A stretch of DNA of 62,404 bases, filler included, from Asterionella formosa (Eukaryota), in assembly GCA_002256025.1 (NCBI GenBank). It is 8 parts of 8 records of this genome, joined end to end, with 100 filler letters (N's around TTAATTAATTAA, not from the genome) between each part and the next. Parts side by side here need not be neighbours in the genome. Positions count along the whole stretch, not along the records: positions 26,187 to 52,273 come from NKIB01001836.1; positions 52,374 to 53,962 come from NKIB01001838.1; positions 54,063 to 55,651 come from NKIB01001839.1; positions 55,752 to 57,340 come from NKIB01001840.1; positions 57,441 to 59,028 come from NKIB01001841.1; positions 59,129 to 60,716 come from NKIB01001842.1; 2 more parts are not named here. One strand, given 5' to 3'. The notes beneath the pieces were generated by a model. The model searched no databases. It was not told the DNA's origin and saw only the letters and a program-made list of their open reading frames with translations. Shown here one piece after another: positions 47,948 to 59,564 of this stretch (within the stretch, counting starts at the first letter, position 1; every line of letters starts with the position of its first letter). The translations under genes were made by a program, and so were the position numbers.

Positions 47948-49516
47948 ATGATCACCACCGAGAGTGGCAATACCGGTAGACCGTTTCGAAGCAAGAAAGG
48001 AAGGCAGATATTAGGGTCTTTGAGGTCGTCATTTGACCCCGTGTGCCTGTTTAGTGGCTTGATTCTCTTTTTCATTGTTCCTACTTTCTTGTTTTTCTCT
48101 GTAGAAAACCAAAAAGGGATAGGCCTCTCTCTAGCTAGGATTTCTGTGGGGGCATTACTAAGGAATAAAATCGTGAAGCAAGCGACGAGACAGCGACCTA
48201 GCAATCCGTATGAACTCAAGTACGGAGCAAACCATACGGTTACAATTGATGAAGTTGTTGACGTATTAAGTGCCTTTCTGACTGGTCTACGTGACAAGTG
48301 GTCCCAGAGACAAGAGAATTCATATACATATCACGATGTGTGGTATGATTATCATGCAGTGGCAGTCGAACATCTCATTCCCTTTGATGCGTACTATTTG
48401 GCGCACATGCCAACAAGACGAGACGATGACTCAATTTTTGTATCCATGGCAAGCTATCGAGATGAATATTGCATGGAAACCCTTGAGGGAGCCTACTCAA
48501 ATTCAGAGAATCCCGCTCAACTAAATATTGGAATTGTCCAGCAAAACTGTAATAAAGACTGCATGAGTGGTGTCTTAGAGAATGGAAGGACAGAACCGGT
48601 TCCCGCGGATCCTGATTGTTACACATTATTCTGTGCAACTGCCCTAGGCCAACCTCACTGTGACGAGGGAAGAGTACGAGTACTCAGAGTGGAAGAGTCA
48701 GAATCTATGGGACCATTTGCTGCTCGCTACTTTGCATCCAAGCTGTGGGGAGGAGAATCATGGATGCTGCAGATAGATTCGCATATGACCTTTGCGGAGC
48801 ACTGGGATACCCAATCCATAACAATGCTGAAAAATGCGCCTTCTACGAAACCGATCATTTCACACTATCCACCGCAAGTTGGTTTTGATTTCATAAAAGG
48901 CTCAAGGGAAGCTACAACGCGCGTCTGTGGGCCGACGTTTTCAGGAAGTCAGGTGGAAACACAAATTATTCGATTCGAAGTCGAAGCTGAAGACCGTATT
49001 TTTAAAGTGACTCCACGGTTCGCACCATTTGTGGCAGCTGGATATTTTGTGGCCCACTCAGGAATTCTCCAAGAAGTTCCTTTTGATCCCATGATGCCTT
49101 GGGTCTTTATGGGAGAAGAGATCATCATGTCATCACGCGCATGGACACATGGTTACGATATATTTTCACCGACTCATGCTGTAGTTGCTCACCGTTATGT
49201 TCGCAATCATAAGCCGAAATATTGGGAGACTGTTGGCCGCCGTTTTTGGGATGGAATCGATACTCCCCTCGGTGACTTAGTGGTTAACAGGGTCAAATAC
49301 CAACTAGGTTATCCAGAGAGCGCGCGAGATATGATCCAAACAAAGTCGGTCCTCACAGCAGTGGAAAAATATTCAATGGGAAAAGTGCGACCCCTTAAAG
49401 ATTATATTAAGATTATTGGATTGGATGTGGTAAGGAAAGAAGTCACCATCACTCATTGGTGCGAGACTGGACAGCCTCCTGAGTACGCCAAGAATCTAAC
49501 TTATCTATACAACTAG
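47948..49516 (+). CDS. GT60-family (PF11397 GlcNAc) N-acetylglucosaminyltransferase, type II membrane topology
   Basis: 522 aa with an N-terminal TM segment. Motifs SIFVSMASYRD, IGIVQQN, GPFAARY, LQIDSHMTFAEHWD, EVPFDP and FMGEEI..S.RAWTHGYDIFSP. Confidence 0.9.
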   Translation: MITTESGNTGRPFRSKKGRQILGSLRSSFDPVCLFSGLILFFIVPTFLFFSVENQKGIGLSLARISVGALLRNKIVKQATRQRPSNPYELKYGANHTVTIDEVVDVLSAFLTGLRDKWSQRQENSYTYHDVWYDYHAVAVEHLIPFDAYYLAHMPTRRDDDSIFVSMASYRDEYCMETLEGAYSNSENPAQLNIGIVQQNCNKDCMSGVLENGRTEPVPADPDCYTLFCATALGQPHCDEGRVRVLRVEESESMGPFAARYFASKLWGGESWMLQIDSHMTFAEHWDTQSITMLKNAPSTKPIISHYPPQVGFDFIKGSREATTRVCGPTFSGSQVETQIIRFEVEAEDRIFKVTPRFAPFVAAGYFVAHSGILQEVPFDPMMPWVFMGEEIIMSSRAWTHGYDIFSPTHAVVAHRYVRNHKPKYWETVGRRFWDGIDTPLGDLVVNRVKYQLGYPESARDMIQTKSVLTAVEKYSMGKVRPLKDYIKIIGLDVVRKEVTITHWCETGQPPEYAKNLTYLYN

Positions 49517-49546
49517 TAACGTCTCAAAACAGCCATCTTCCCCTCT

Positions 49547-50695
49547 CTATTCGTATGGAATATCAGGTGCCTTGGCTACTTTATGACTTTGTCTGTTTGA
49601 CTTGGTGTTGCGCGTGAAGAATCCTGATGGTTTTTTGAGGTTGGCACGAAATTCAACCCAGCAATCTCCAAGACCATTCATTGTCTCTTGATATGCTTTG
49701 GTCTCGTTTCCACCCTCCATTAACACGTTAACATTCTGAAGTTCGTCCAGGGATCCCGCCAGAAGGGCTTCCTGTGCTTCCGAGAAGGAACTGATACAAG
49801 CGGTGCTTTCAGTGAGTCGGATGTCAAGACCAGCTGTATCCTTGTGAATCACCATGAGTTGACCGTGGTGAGTTGAACCCCTGTACCCAATTTTGGCCGT
49901 CAATACTCCATTTCTGCGTAACATCTCTTTGGCCTCTTCGAGATTTGGAGTATAAAAAACAAGCGACGGCGCTGGTAGTAGCATGTCTTCTTTGGCGGCG
50001 GGTAGTGGTCTCAGCGCCAAACCACTATTGGTAAACTGGTAAACTCCGATGGTAGGTCGACATAAATCGGATGCTGAGAGATACGATAGCAAAGTGCATC
50101 CATCGAGATATCTCGCATCTTCATAAACTGGAACTGAAAGTTCCCGTAAGCCCTTGTTCACTTGTCGAGTATTACTCGGTTCAGAACTGCTAATTTCAGG
50201 ATGTTGTCCAAGCTGGAGAAGCGGTAACCCACCTCCGAAGGATAGCACATCCACGACAGTTGTCGGTCGTCCGAAAGTATGCGACAGCCACAATTTCGTT
50301 ATTTTCCCTAAAAATGCCTTGCTCATGTGCAGCGCTAGTTGAGCTCTAGCTCCCAGGACTGACTCGTGGTCGTTCGTGGCACTGGGATCATCGGTAATTG
50401 ACAGTAGACAGAGAGTTTCGTCTTTTGATGCTTGTTTCGGTGACTTGATCGACAAAAAATGTAACACAGTGCCAGAATGTCGGCATTTAGATGCCACAGA
50501 GTCCCATTCCTTGCTCAAACCAGGTATAATACTGGTGAATAGACTGTTAAGATCGTCATTTCCGCCAATCTCTGGCAACGATATTGGGTCGAGAGCAAAA
50601 AAGGCGCGAAAAACGTCCTGGGATCTCCTTGAGAATGCAGGACTTGAAGACAAGATGCTCACTACCGGAGCTTTCGCAAGCAACGTAATCTTCAT
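49547..50695 (-). CDS. Hypothetical protein
   Basis: 382-aa uninterrupted ATG-initiated ORF, convergent with the GT60 gene. No family recognised. Confidence 0.7.
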   Translation of the reverse strand: MKITLLAKAPVVSILSSSPAFSRRSQDVFRAFFALDPISLPEIGGNDDLNSLFTSIIPGLSKEWDSVASKCRHSGTVLHFLSIKSPKQASKDETLCLLSITDDPSATNDHESVLGARAQLALHMSKAFLGKITKLWLSHTFGRPTTVVDVLSFGGGLPLLQLGQHPEISSSEPSNTRQVNKGLRELSVPVYEDARYLDGCTLLSYLSASDLCRPTIGVYQFTNSGLALRPLPAAKEDMLLPAPSLVFYTPNLEEAKEMLRRNGVLTAKIGYRGSTHHGQLMVIHKDTAGLDIRLTESTACISSFSEAQEALLAGSLDELQNVNVLMEGGNETKAYQETMNGLGDCWVEFRANLKKPSGFFTRNTKSNRQSHKVAKAPDIPYE

Positions 50696-51162
50696 GTTTT
50701 TCTCACCACTGTGTTTATTTCCTGTTTTCGTTTGATCCGAAATGTATTTTGTTAGCCAATAAGATAGACTACCGCCATATATATTGCATGCCCGCAGAGT
50801 ACCTGGTCCAAGTACAGTAACATCGAGAGAGGACCAGAAATTATGGAAATGATGTCCAATTACACATCAGGAAAGGCAAAAACGTTGCGGTAGCTTGATA
50901 TACTCGCGCGTAGAAATTAATAGCTTTATCTGCTGTATCTCGTTTTCTAGTTCCTGTCGTATAGAACGGACCACGGCGTTGGAGTACCTGTTAGGTACCA
51001 TGGTACAAAGTACCAGCACCTTGGTATTAGTGACATGCAAGCATTACACCATACATAAAACTCTGGAAATTCAACGGGCATATAATGCTGCTACTCCTAC
51101 CAGGTATTTATACCGAGGATTGTGCTGATACATAGTGATGATTCAGAATTGGAGTCCTCCAT

Positions 51163-52273
51163 AGGGTCGTTCTTATCATTTTTTTCGTGTATCACGGAAT
51201 TTGAATTTTTTTGAAAATGTATCAGCAACGGTAACTCGATTTGAACTGAATTTCATTCATTCCAAAAGTGTCACTGTATCACTAATTTGTGATCACATTG
51301 TATCATGGAGTAACATGAATCTTCAACGGCAACTGGCTGGCGAAGATCATGTGTATATCCCTCCGGAATATAATGATGGTCTTGATATCAAGCAACAACA
51401 AAATATAATTACCGGGAAACTAAATATAATATTAAAAACACACATTTGCATGAATCATGTCGTCGCCATTTGATTTACTTGATGATAATGATGATGACAG
51501 TAGTGATCTTGATTTCTTCTTCCTCTGTCATTTAGCTAAGGAAGCAGAGGAAAAAGAACACTCATCCAAACGACAAAGGCGACGCTGTAAACGGCAGCTT
51601 CAGTCATCTGAACGACGACGACAACGAAGGCACAAGTGGCACCACGAAAGAATCTCCTGGCAATCACATGTCGAGAAACTCAATCACGAAATTGCTTTCG
51701 AGAAGACATACAGAATGTCACACAGAGCATTCAAAAAAATCACCTCCATTCTGGAAATTCAGATTGCAGGGAATTATTCCAAATGTGGCACTTCTGAGCC
51801 CATAATTCCCGAAATTGTGGTAGCCATTGGTTTGCGATGGCTGGCTGGTGGCAGTTACATCGACATTCGTCATGCCTACGGTTGTAGCATTGCTTCACTT
51901 TATCGATGTCGTGATTTGTTCATTGATGCTGTACTAAACTGTGGAGAACTCGAAATTGTTTTTCCAAAAGAAAAAGAAGAATTTATCAAATTGGCTTCCA
52001 GCTTTGAATGCAAAAGCTCAGAGGGCATGATGAGAGGATGTGTTGGTGCTATTGACGGCTTCCTAGCCACCATCAACCGCCCGACTATAGTTGAAAGTGG
52101 CAACAACCCTGGTTCATTTTTTTCCGGTCACTACATGACTTATGGAATCAATGTCCAGGCTGTTTGTGATGCTGACTCAAGATTTATTTATTTTGGTGTA
52201 ATTGCACCGGGAAAATGCAGTGACCAAGTAGCTTTTGAACGAACTTCCATTTTCGATCGAGTTGCAGCATTCA
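51163..52273 (+). mobile_element. PIF/Harbinger transposon left end with DDE_Tnp_4-type transposase ORF (51457->52273, truncated by contig end)
   Basis: FEKTYRMS..F, IGLRWLAGGSYIDI, GCVGAIDG (first D), FFSGHY and GINVQAVCDADSRFIY..PG..SD. Putative terminus AGGGTCGTTCTTA. Confidence 0.9.
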
Positions 52274-52398
52274 NNNNNNNNNNNNNNNNNNNNNNNNNNN
52301 NNNNNNNNNNNNNNNNNTTAATTAATTAANNNNNNNNNNNNNNNNNNNNNNNNNNNNNNNNNNNNNNNNNNNNTTTATGTATTTGGTTTCTTGACGAG

Positions 52399-53962
52399 AT
52401 GAACTCACAAAGGACTAAAGCAAGAACATTCTATTTTTACATCATAATGACGTTTCTGATGAGCAGTCGTTGGACAAGAGGATTTTCACCATTGATTGCC
52501 TTTACACGTCAACAACGTCAACAAGAAGGCGTCATGTGCAGGGGATTATTAGGCAGAATCACATCAATGACGGTGCATCGTCGGATGAAGCAAACAAGAA
52601 TGGCTGATAGTACTAAACGTTGTGCAACTACCGGTAATCATCAAAAGGAATCGGAAGCGAATTACAATTATGAAATGTCAGGCGTTGACCATAAGGATGA
52701 TTCTATAGGCAACGAAGGATTGCTGTATTTTGATTCGTTCCACGACGATGATGAGGACGACGACGATGAGGAAAATTCCAATATAACTGATGAAGAATTG
52801 ATAGTAGATGATGATGATGAAGAAGATGAAGAACACGAGGAAGACGAGCTGGATAGCAACGATGAACCACCAAACGCTGTGATCCATGCTCATGTCGCGT
52901 GGTGTACTGCAGTCCAAACCACGTTACAAGCCCTGGAAACCAAATCATCATCCTTGCAACGTGAACTTGACAAGGCCAAGGCTCTTGATCAAACAGTCCT
53001 TCGGGCTCAATTGATCGTTAGTCATTTATATCGATTTCAACAAGAGCCGCATTTAACTACCATTACTATACAAGATTGGGATGGCAATGCGGATGTAGAA
53101 TTAGCCTTGGATCCACTGTACGAGTCAGCTGCTGCCGAAGCCGATGCACTCTTTGCTCAAGCCAGAAAACTTAAACGTGGATCTGCTGTAGTACAAGAAT
53201 TGATCACTCAAACAGATCATGCGATTGAAATTATGAAACAATATCAAGTAGAATTAAAAACCATGACTTCGGAAGAGACGGGGACAATCATTGACGAAGA
53301 ACAGTTTTCGGTGGTACAGCAGAAATTAAAAGATACTTCCAAAAAAACTAACTTTCAACTTCCATCACTACAATCAACTTCCACCAAATCACAACAAAAG
53401 AAACGTCGAGTCACTTCCAACAAGTCAACAACTTCCATTATGGAAACTTCGGTTCGAAAACTCATGTCACCTGGTGGATGTGTTGTGTTGGTAGGACGGA
53501 ATCGACGTGGCAATGACTATATATCGATGCATGTTGCAAGAGGGAATGACATTTGGATGCATGCACGTGGACGTCCAGGTGCCCATGTGGTATTACAATC
53601 CCGACGTGGTTCACCTCCTGTCACACAGGACTGTTTGGACTTTTGTGCCAACGTGGCTGCCTTTTATAGTGATGCCAGAACTGAAACCAAAACAGATGTT
53701 ACCGCCGCAGAACCGAAACATTTATTAAAACCAAGGGGAGCACCACTTGGTGCAGTCAAAGTGAGAGAAGAATTGTACACCTTGACAGGGTGGCCAGACG
53801 ATGTGCCCGACGCGTTGAAGGAAGCAAGAGAAAAGTCGGGAATGACTGATGAGTTTAGAGCCAAGGACAAACAAAAACATAGGCGACGAACTGCGGATGT
53901 AGCCAAACAGACTCAAGCCAAGAAACGATCTGAACAAAAAGCGAAACGAAAGCGGGGAGGAC
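52399..53962 (+). CDS. NFACT-R (DUF814; FbpA/RqcH C-terminal-like) domain protein, probably organelle-targeted; 3' truncated
   Basis: LDP..SAAAEADALFAQARKLKRG coiled-coil, VLVGRNRRGNDYIS, DIWMHARGRPGAHVVL, AAFYS and KPRGAPLGAV. N-terminal ...TRG/FSP presequence. Confidence 0.85.
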
Positions 53963-54189
53963 NNNNNNNNNNNNNNNNNNNNNNNNNNNNNNNNNNNNNN
54001 NNNNNNTTAATTAATTAANNNNNNNNNNNNNNNNNNNNNNNNNNNNNNNNNNNNNNNNNNNNGCATCATAATTTTGCTCCTGGCCACATCACAGCGTTGC
54101 TGTTGTTGTCATTCTACCTGGTCTCCAACAATAGAACAAGTGCCTCTTAGCTACTCACGATCCTAGGAAATCTGATTACTAGAAATACC

Positions 54190-54952
54190 ATGACGTACTC
54201 TGCTTCAGCTGGCATTCACTTGGAACGCCTGATAGAATCACCAGTAACTACAAAGCAAAAGGCAGAATGCGTAAGTCTCGTCTATTCATGATCAGTGACT
54301 GTAGGCCGTTGGTTGGTTTTCTTCCTTATTGTGCTCATTTCACATTGTTCAGCTCAAACTATTGGCAGTTGTCATCAAAAACCTTGCTGACTCAGTGAAG
54401 GCGCAAAATCCAAAATATCGCCTACTCAGACTTGAAAATGAAAAGGTCAAAGCGAACATGTTGCCCTGTCCGGCGTCCCTCGACTACCTGAAAGCCATTG
54501 GGTTTTCGGAAACAACCGATGAAAACGGCGAACGCATTCTAAAATTTGACGGCATTGTCGATACGGTTCTGATGAAGGCTTCGCAGAACGAAGTTAGCGC
54601 TGGCTTGAACATGGTGGAACCCAACGATTTAATTTATATTGGTACTTCTTTCAAGAAGGCCAGAACATCATACGTGGAAGAAAAAAAGGCAGACAATGCC
54701 CCAGCACCAGAGTTTAAGTCGGACTTCTCTGAAAAGCTTTCTGAGAAGCAGAAGGCTCGTATCTTGAGGGAGGACAAAGAGAAGCGAGACAAAGAGGATG
54801 CCAAAAAGCACAGAGCCAAGACGGCGGCGTTGATCAAATCTGACAAATTCGTCCGAGAAAATGATGAAAACTGGACTTCTGGAGTGAGCGCAGCGGCTTC
54901 CAAGGGAGGAAAAGTCATGTCAACCTTTCGCGATCAATTTGGAGAGGAATAA
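54190..54952 (+). CDS. PUB-domain protein; 2 exons (54190-54270, 54353-54952)
   Basis: Phase-0 GTAAGT...TTCAG intron at 54271-54352. LKLLAVVIKNL..NPKYRLLRLENEKV...LDYLKAIGF fits the PUB pattern. Confidence 0.8.
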
Positions 54953-55025
54953 GTATAATGAACACATTGCTTGGTATACGAAGCAACAACGATACGAATT
55001 TAAACGTGGGTGGTTGTCCTGGAAT

Positions 55026-55651
55026 CTACGTTGCAACTTCGTCACTGCCGTCAGGGCAGTCCTTGACACCATCTTCAACTCGAGATGCGTAGATTTGTTT
55101 CGTTCCGTCTTTGCAAAAGAACGTTGCTATTTGAACAGTCGCATGTGAACACGCCGATGTCTCTGGTTCGTCGCTGCCGTCGGGACAGTCGCAGTAGTTG
55201 TCGTTCCAAAATCCAGAAAGTCCGTTCGCACATGCTACCATCTTCGATATAGATTTCGTTGCTTTATCTTTCTGCTCTCTTTCTTGTGCTCCATCTTGTT
55301 CCCTTATTTTTCCTTTGTCGACCTTGTTCCATTCATGTTTGTCAAGAGGAAACTTTTTTTCTTGTGTCACGTGACTAAAAATCTTTGACACAGACTTAGG
55401 TTCTTCGAACTGATTTTCTTCGAGTCGTTCAACTTCGTAATCGATAACTTCTGCCTCTATTGCATGTTCTAACTCAAAAGCAGATTGTCGTCGACGCCGT
55501 ACTTCTCGAAGTTCACTATGGTTCGCTTCATTGTCAGCCTTTTGGTTGGCGTCCACGAGCAAACTCTCTTGCGTATTCATCTGCGTCTGTTTATAAAAAT
55601 CAATCCCCCCAATTGCCAATGCTATGAAAACAGCGAAGGGGATATATTCCA
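55026..55651 (-). CDS. Glucosidase II beta-subunit-like (PRKCSH-like, LDLa-type) domain protein, 5' truncated
   Basis: NDNYCDCPDGSDEPETSACS..FFCKDG..IYASRVEDGVKDCPDGSDE at the C-terminus. The frame is open to the contig edge. Confidence 0.75.
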
Positions 55652-55751
55652 NNNNNNNNNNNNNNNNNNNNNNNNNNNNNNNNNNNNNNNNNNNNTTAAT
55701 TAATTAANNNNNNNNNNNNNNNNNNNNNNNNNNNNNNNNNNNNNNNNNNNN

Positions 55752-57340
55752 TCATACCGGTCAACTTCTCGTATTCGCGTAGAAGTTGCATACGAAATTT
55801 CTGCATTTGCACCTCCCAGTATTCACCATACTTGTCCTCTTTCCAAGCATATTCCACTCCTAGGTGTTTCTGTAGAATACCCTGCTCGGTAATATTGAAA
55901 TCTTCCTTGATAACATTTTTCATATACCGGTACTCCACTGCACTTGGAGTCCCACATACAATACCGTCATCCACGTAATTAACAAGTAGACCATCAATTT
56001 GTCCATCCTTGTTCCGGTGCATAAATAACATAGGGTCGATCTTGCTCTTCGTCATACCTGGTTTATTGGTGACACATTTCGCAAACGTCCTGGACCAGCA
56101 TCGTGGAGCTTGTACTATCCCGTACATAGCCTTCACAAGCTTGCAAACATGTGTATCGGAATCGACTCCGATCAAACCTTGAGGGGGCTCAATATAAATG
56201 TCCTCATCGACGTCAGCATTTAGAAATGCTGCTTCCACATCAATAGCCTCCGCTCGCCAACCGTTGTACATCGTCACTGCGAGTACCGTTTTGATTGTCG
56301 CATCGCTTGCAACTGGAGCAAATGTCTCAGTAAAATCGACACCTGGGATTTGCTCATATCCCTTCACGACCAATCTTGCCTTGTAAATGGTCTTCCCGGT
56401 TAACACATCTTCTTTAATTCGAAACACCCATCTCGTTTTTAGTGTTCGCTTCTTAACAGTATCACGTTTGATAACTTTCCACACTCCTCTCGACTGGAAG
56501 TTTTCATATTCTTTGTTGATCGCCTTGATCCACTCTTTCTTGTCTGGTCTTGCCATTGCTTCATCGTAGCTTGTTGGTAATCCTGGATCAGAAGCCAGAC
56601 TTGCGTTGTACACAAAATTCACCTGTGTATTCTTCGTAATTTCCTTCATGTTATCCTCCTCGATAACACCAGGCATCTCAGTATCTCCTGAAATTTTCAC
56701 AATTTTCGTACTCGTAGGATTGAACGATGAGTCCAATCTTCGCATTTCACGTGCCAACTTCGCTTGCTTAGACTGAGCACTTTCCGCACGTTTAGCCTTC
56801 ACAATTGGGGTATTGGTACCTGTAACCTCGTATTTCGTAGTACCATCTATCTTAGTTGATTGTTCAGTTTTCCTCCCCAATTCTTGCTTGTCATCATCTT
56901 CATCTTCATTATCGGACACTTCTCGAGGTTCGAACTCATCATAAAAATCGTCATGCAATTCTTCATTATCTTCTCGTACTGATATCTGCGTATCCAGTTG
57001 GTTGGTGACTGGTTTGAACATTTTCTCTAGTCCATCGTCCACAGCCATCACCGAATACTGATTTCTCACAGCGGATTTTGCGTAGGGTCCGCTAATATCA
57101 ATAAACAGTCTTTCTCCTGGTGTCGTAGCCTTCTCTTGCGTCATCTTGTTGGGTACTGCGCGTGCTTTCGCCTTGGCTGCTGCGCATCCTGCGCACACCT
57201 TTAAATTTCCCACAAGTTTCCACCCAAATAATTTCGATGTCTCACGAAGACATTTTTCCCCCACATGTCCAAGCATTTCATGCGCTTCATTTATTTCCAC
57301 AATCACATCATTATTTTCGTTCGCGTTTCTTTTCTCGATC
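55752..57340 (-). mobile_element. Ty1/Copia LTR retrotransposon pol fragment (pre-integrase HHCC, truncated integrase, RVT_2 reverse transcriptase)
   Basis: HEMLGH..CAGC, PGERLFIDISGP, YKARLVVKGYEQIPGVDFTETFAPV, DVEAAFLN, LVKAMYGIVQAPRCW and YVDD, in integrase-before-RT order. Confidence 0.93.
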
Positions 57341-58001
57341 NNNNNNNNNNNNNNNNNNNNNNNNNNNNNNNNNNNNNNNNNNNNTTAATTAATTAANNNN
57401 NNNNNNNNNNNNNNNNNNNNNNNNNNNNNNNNNNNNNNNNGGGCGCTGTGATCGGATAAATGCCGGACGAGGTTGAAAGGCTTGTATTGTCAAACCAAAC
57501 ACTCCCAACGCGACAATCAACAGCGTTTGGTGCATAGTACAAATCCTGTAGATCCAAATCTTGAACAAAGGAGGTGTTTATCAATGATAAACAATTACAG
57601 GGCAGAGCATGCAGCAAAACGGATGGTGAGTTTTGATATCTTGATGAAGGTTGCTTTCCTTTCGAGAAAAATGAAAACTAATGTGAGCACTACCGAGTAC
57701 ATACCGGTAGTTCCATAAAGAAAATGGAAAGAATGCGAAAGGTATACATATAATCATATCTGTATATCAAGCGCCAAACACAGAAATATTTCATGTTCCA
57801 GCTAGCCGCCTTCAAATGTAGCTGTACCTGGTACCAGGTACACTTATACTGTATACTGTATACCCTTCCAGACGAGAGGTTGAAGGGGACCGGTACCAGG
57901 TAGTGGTACCTGGTAGGGGGTACCTGGAACCAGGGTAAAGTAACATTATCTGGCACCAGCAAGTTGTGATAATTTGAACCCCTAGCTCGAGGAAGGGTTA
58001 A

Positions 58002-58903
58002 GCTTGCGGCCCTGGCTTAACCCTCGTTTGGAGAAATCGTCGCTAGGGTTGTAAAAACGGCATGGAACAGGGATGAATTCATAGGATTTGAGTGTGGATT
58101 TGAATATTTCAATTAAACAGGAATTGGTGCCAGATTGATAGAGTTCTGTTTTAAACAAACAAAAATGAATCTTTAAACATTTATACTATATCCAAGTTGC
58201 TGAATGTTGACATGATTTTGCTCCATGCCAAAACACATACCGGTTTATAAATAAGGAGTACCAGTATGCCAACATATATGCTCATGGTTTGTGTTTATAC
58301 ATATATTGAATTGACATTGCAGCATGTAGGTTTAATACTACTACTTGCAAAAAGGTATATATAAAAATCAGTAGCTGGTAGCACATAATCTTGCTGGTTG
58401 ATGATGATGGACAACAGGATGAAACTGCCTATGCAAGGTACCAGTAGTACTGATTTTACCTACCAGTATACAGTGCATCTAATACATGTGGTTCAAGTTT
58501 GGTTGGCATAATTTTACAAGACCGGAATACTTCAGCCAATCTGGAGCAGGTGAGTAAAATATAAATTAAATTCAACCTATCAGAATATATGTAGTGATGT
58601 GGCAACTTACCCTGGAGTCTTTTCAGACTGAGAATTATGCAGCAAAAATACCTAGGCAAGACTCTAGGTGTACGAGAACGTTTTTGCACGAAAAAAATTC
58701 TGATTCCAATATTTTGGCGACTGTTTTGAAAAAGCTGATCGCTTGGGTCGACTTTTTGGAGAAGGATTGCTCTACATCTACGGGATTTCATGAAGATTAA
58801 AATAGATAGCCATGTACCCTATAACGTCAGGAGTTAGCTTCCGGAGAGAAACTGCAGTTACCCCTTGTAGATTTTTTAAGTTTTCTAGCCCTTTTTTCGA
58901 CTA
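58002..58903 (+). mobile_element. Copy D of the GGTTGCGGCCCCG-terminus family, interrupted by a TA-targeted element
   Basis: Co-linear with 17260-18103. Homology stops at GACTA (58899-58903). Confidence 0.85.
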
Positions 58904-59028
58904 CCGTATACTTCATTGTCCTGGACCCCCCAATGTACACTGCCGTGACTGAATTTGACTGATTTTACTTAAGGGGGGCCCAGGACAATGAAGAGATTTC
59001 CCTTATAATGGACCTAAGTAAATTTCTT
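58904..59028 (+). mobile_element. Left end of a Tc1/mariner-like (TA-flanked) element, TIR CCGTATACTTCATTGTCCTGGA
   Basis: TA|CCGTATACTTCATTGTCCTGGA is inserted at a host TA. The same 22-mer occurs inverted and followed by TA at 59541-59564 on the next contig. An internal inverted CCAGGACAATGAAG lies at ~58980. Confidence 0.8.
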
Positions 59029-59540
59029 NNNNNNNNNNNNNNNNNNNNNNNNNNNNNNNNNNNNNNNNNNNNTTAATTAATTAANNNNNNNNNNNNNNNN
59101 NNNNNNNNNNNNNNNNNNNNNNNNNNNNAAGACCAAGTGCCCTACGACATAAATTACATAGAGTGACATACGTTTGTACACAGCTGCTCAAACCATCGTT
59201 TTGCGCGCCAGCACCCTACTGCTTGGCGTACGATTGTACACCCAAAGCAGGGTTAGCATGGTGCATCTGTTCATTGTTTTCAATTTTCGTGGAGATAATT
59301 CGCATTTTCGTCATGGTCAAGGTTGCAATAACAAGATGAAGGATTTTCAAGCTGCTGTCTTCTCTTTGTTTTGTATGTACAAATGAATCGCAACATGACA
59401 GCTAATTAATTATATACTAGTGCCTACGAGGACAAAAAGAACTATAGCACGATACATTGTCTATGACAAGATGATTGCTGGGTGTTTGGTTCCATCTCGA
59501 GAAAAAAAGCACAGGGGGGTCCAGCAACCATAGGGGGGGT

Positions 59541-59564
59541 TCCAGGACAATGAAGTATACGGTA
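59541..59564 (-). mobile_element. Right TIR + TA of the same CCGTA family (different copy)
   Basis: TCCAGGACAATGAAGTATACGG|TA. The flank does not resume the copy-D host sequence. Confidence 0.8.

Noticed and set aside
57473..57630. CAP-domain-like exon (CLSMINNYRAEH)
   Set aside because: Too short and no further exons found.
58904..59562. Single ~660-bp MITE spanning the spacer
   Set aside because: The ends are on different contigs and their flanks do not match; they are two copies of one family.
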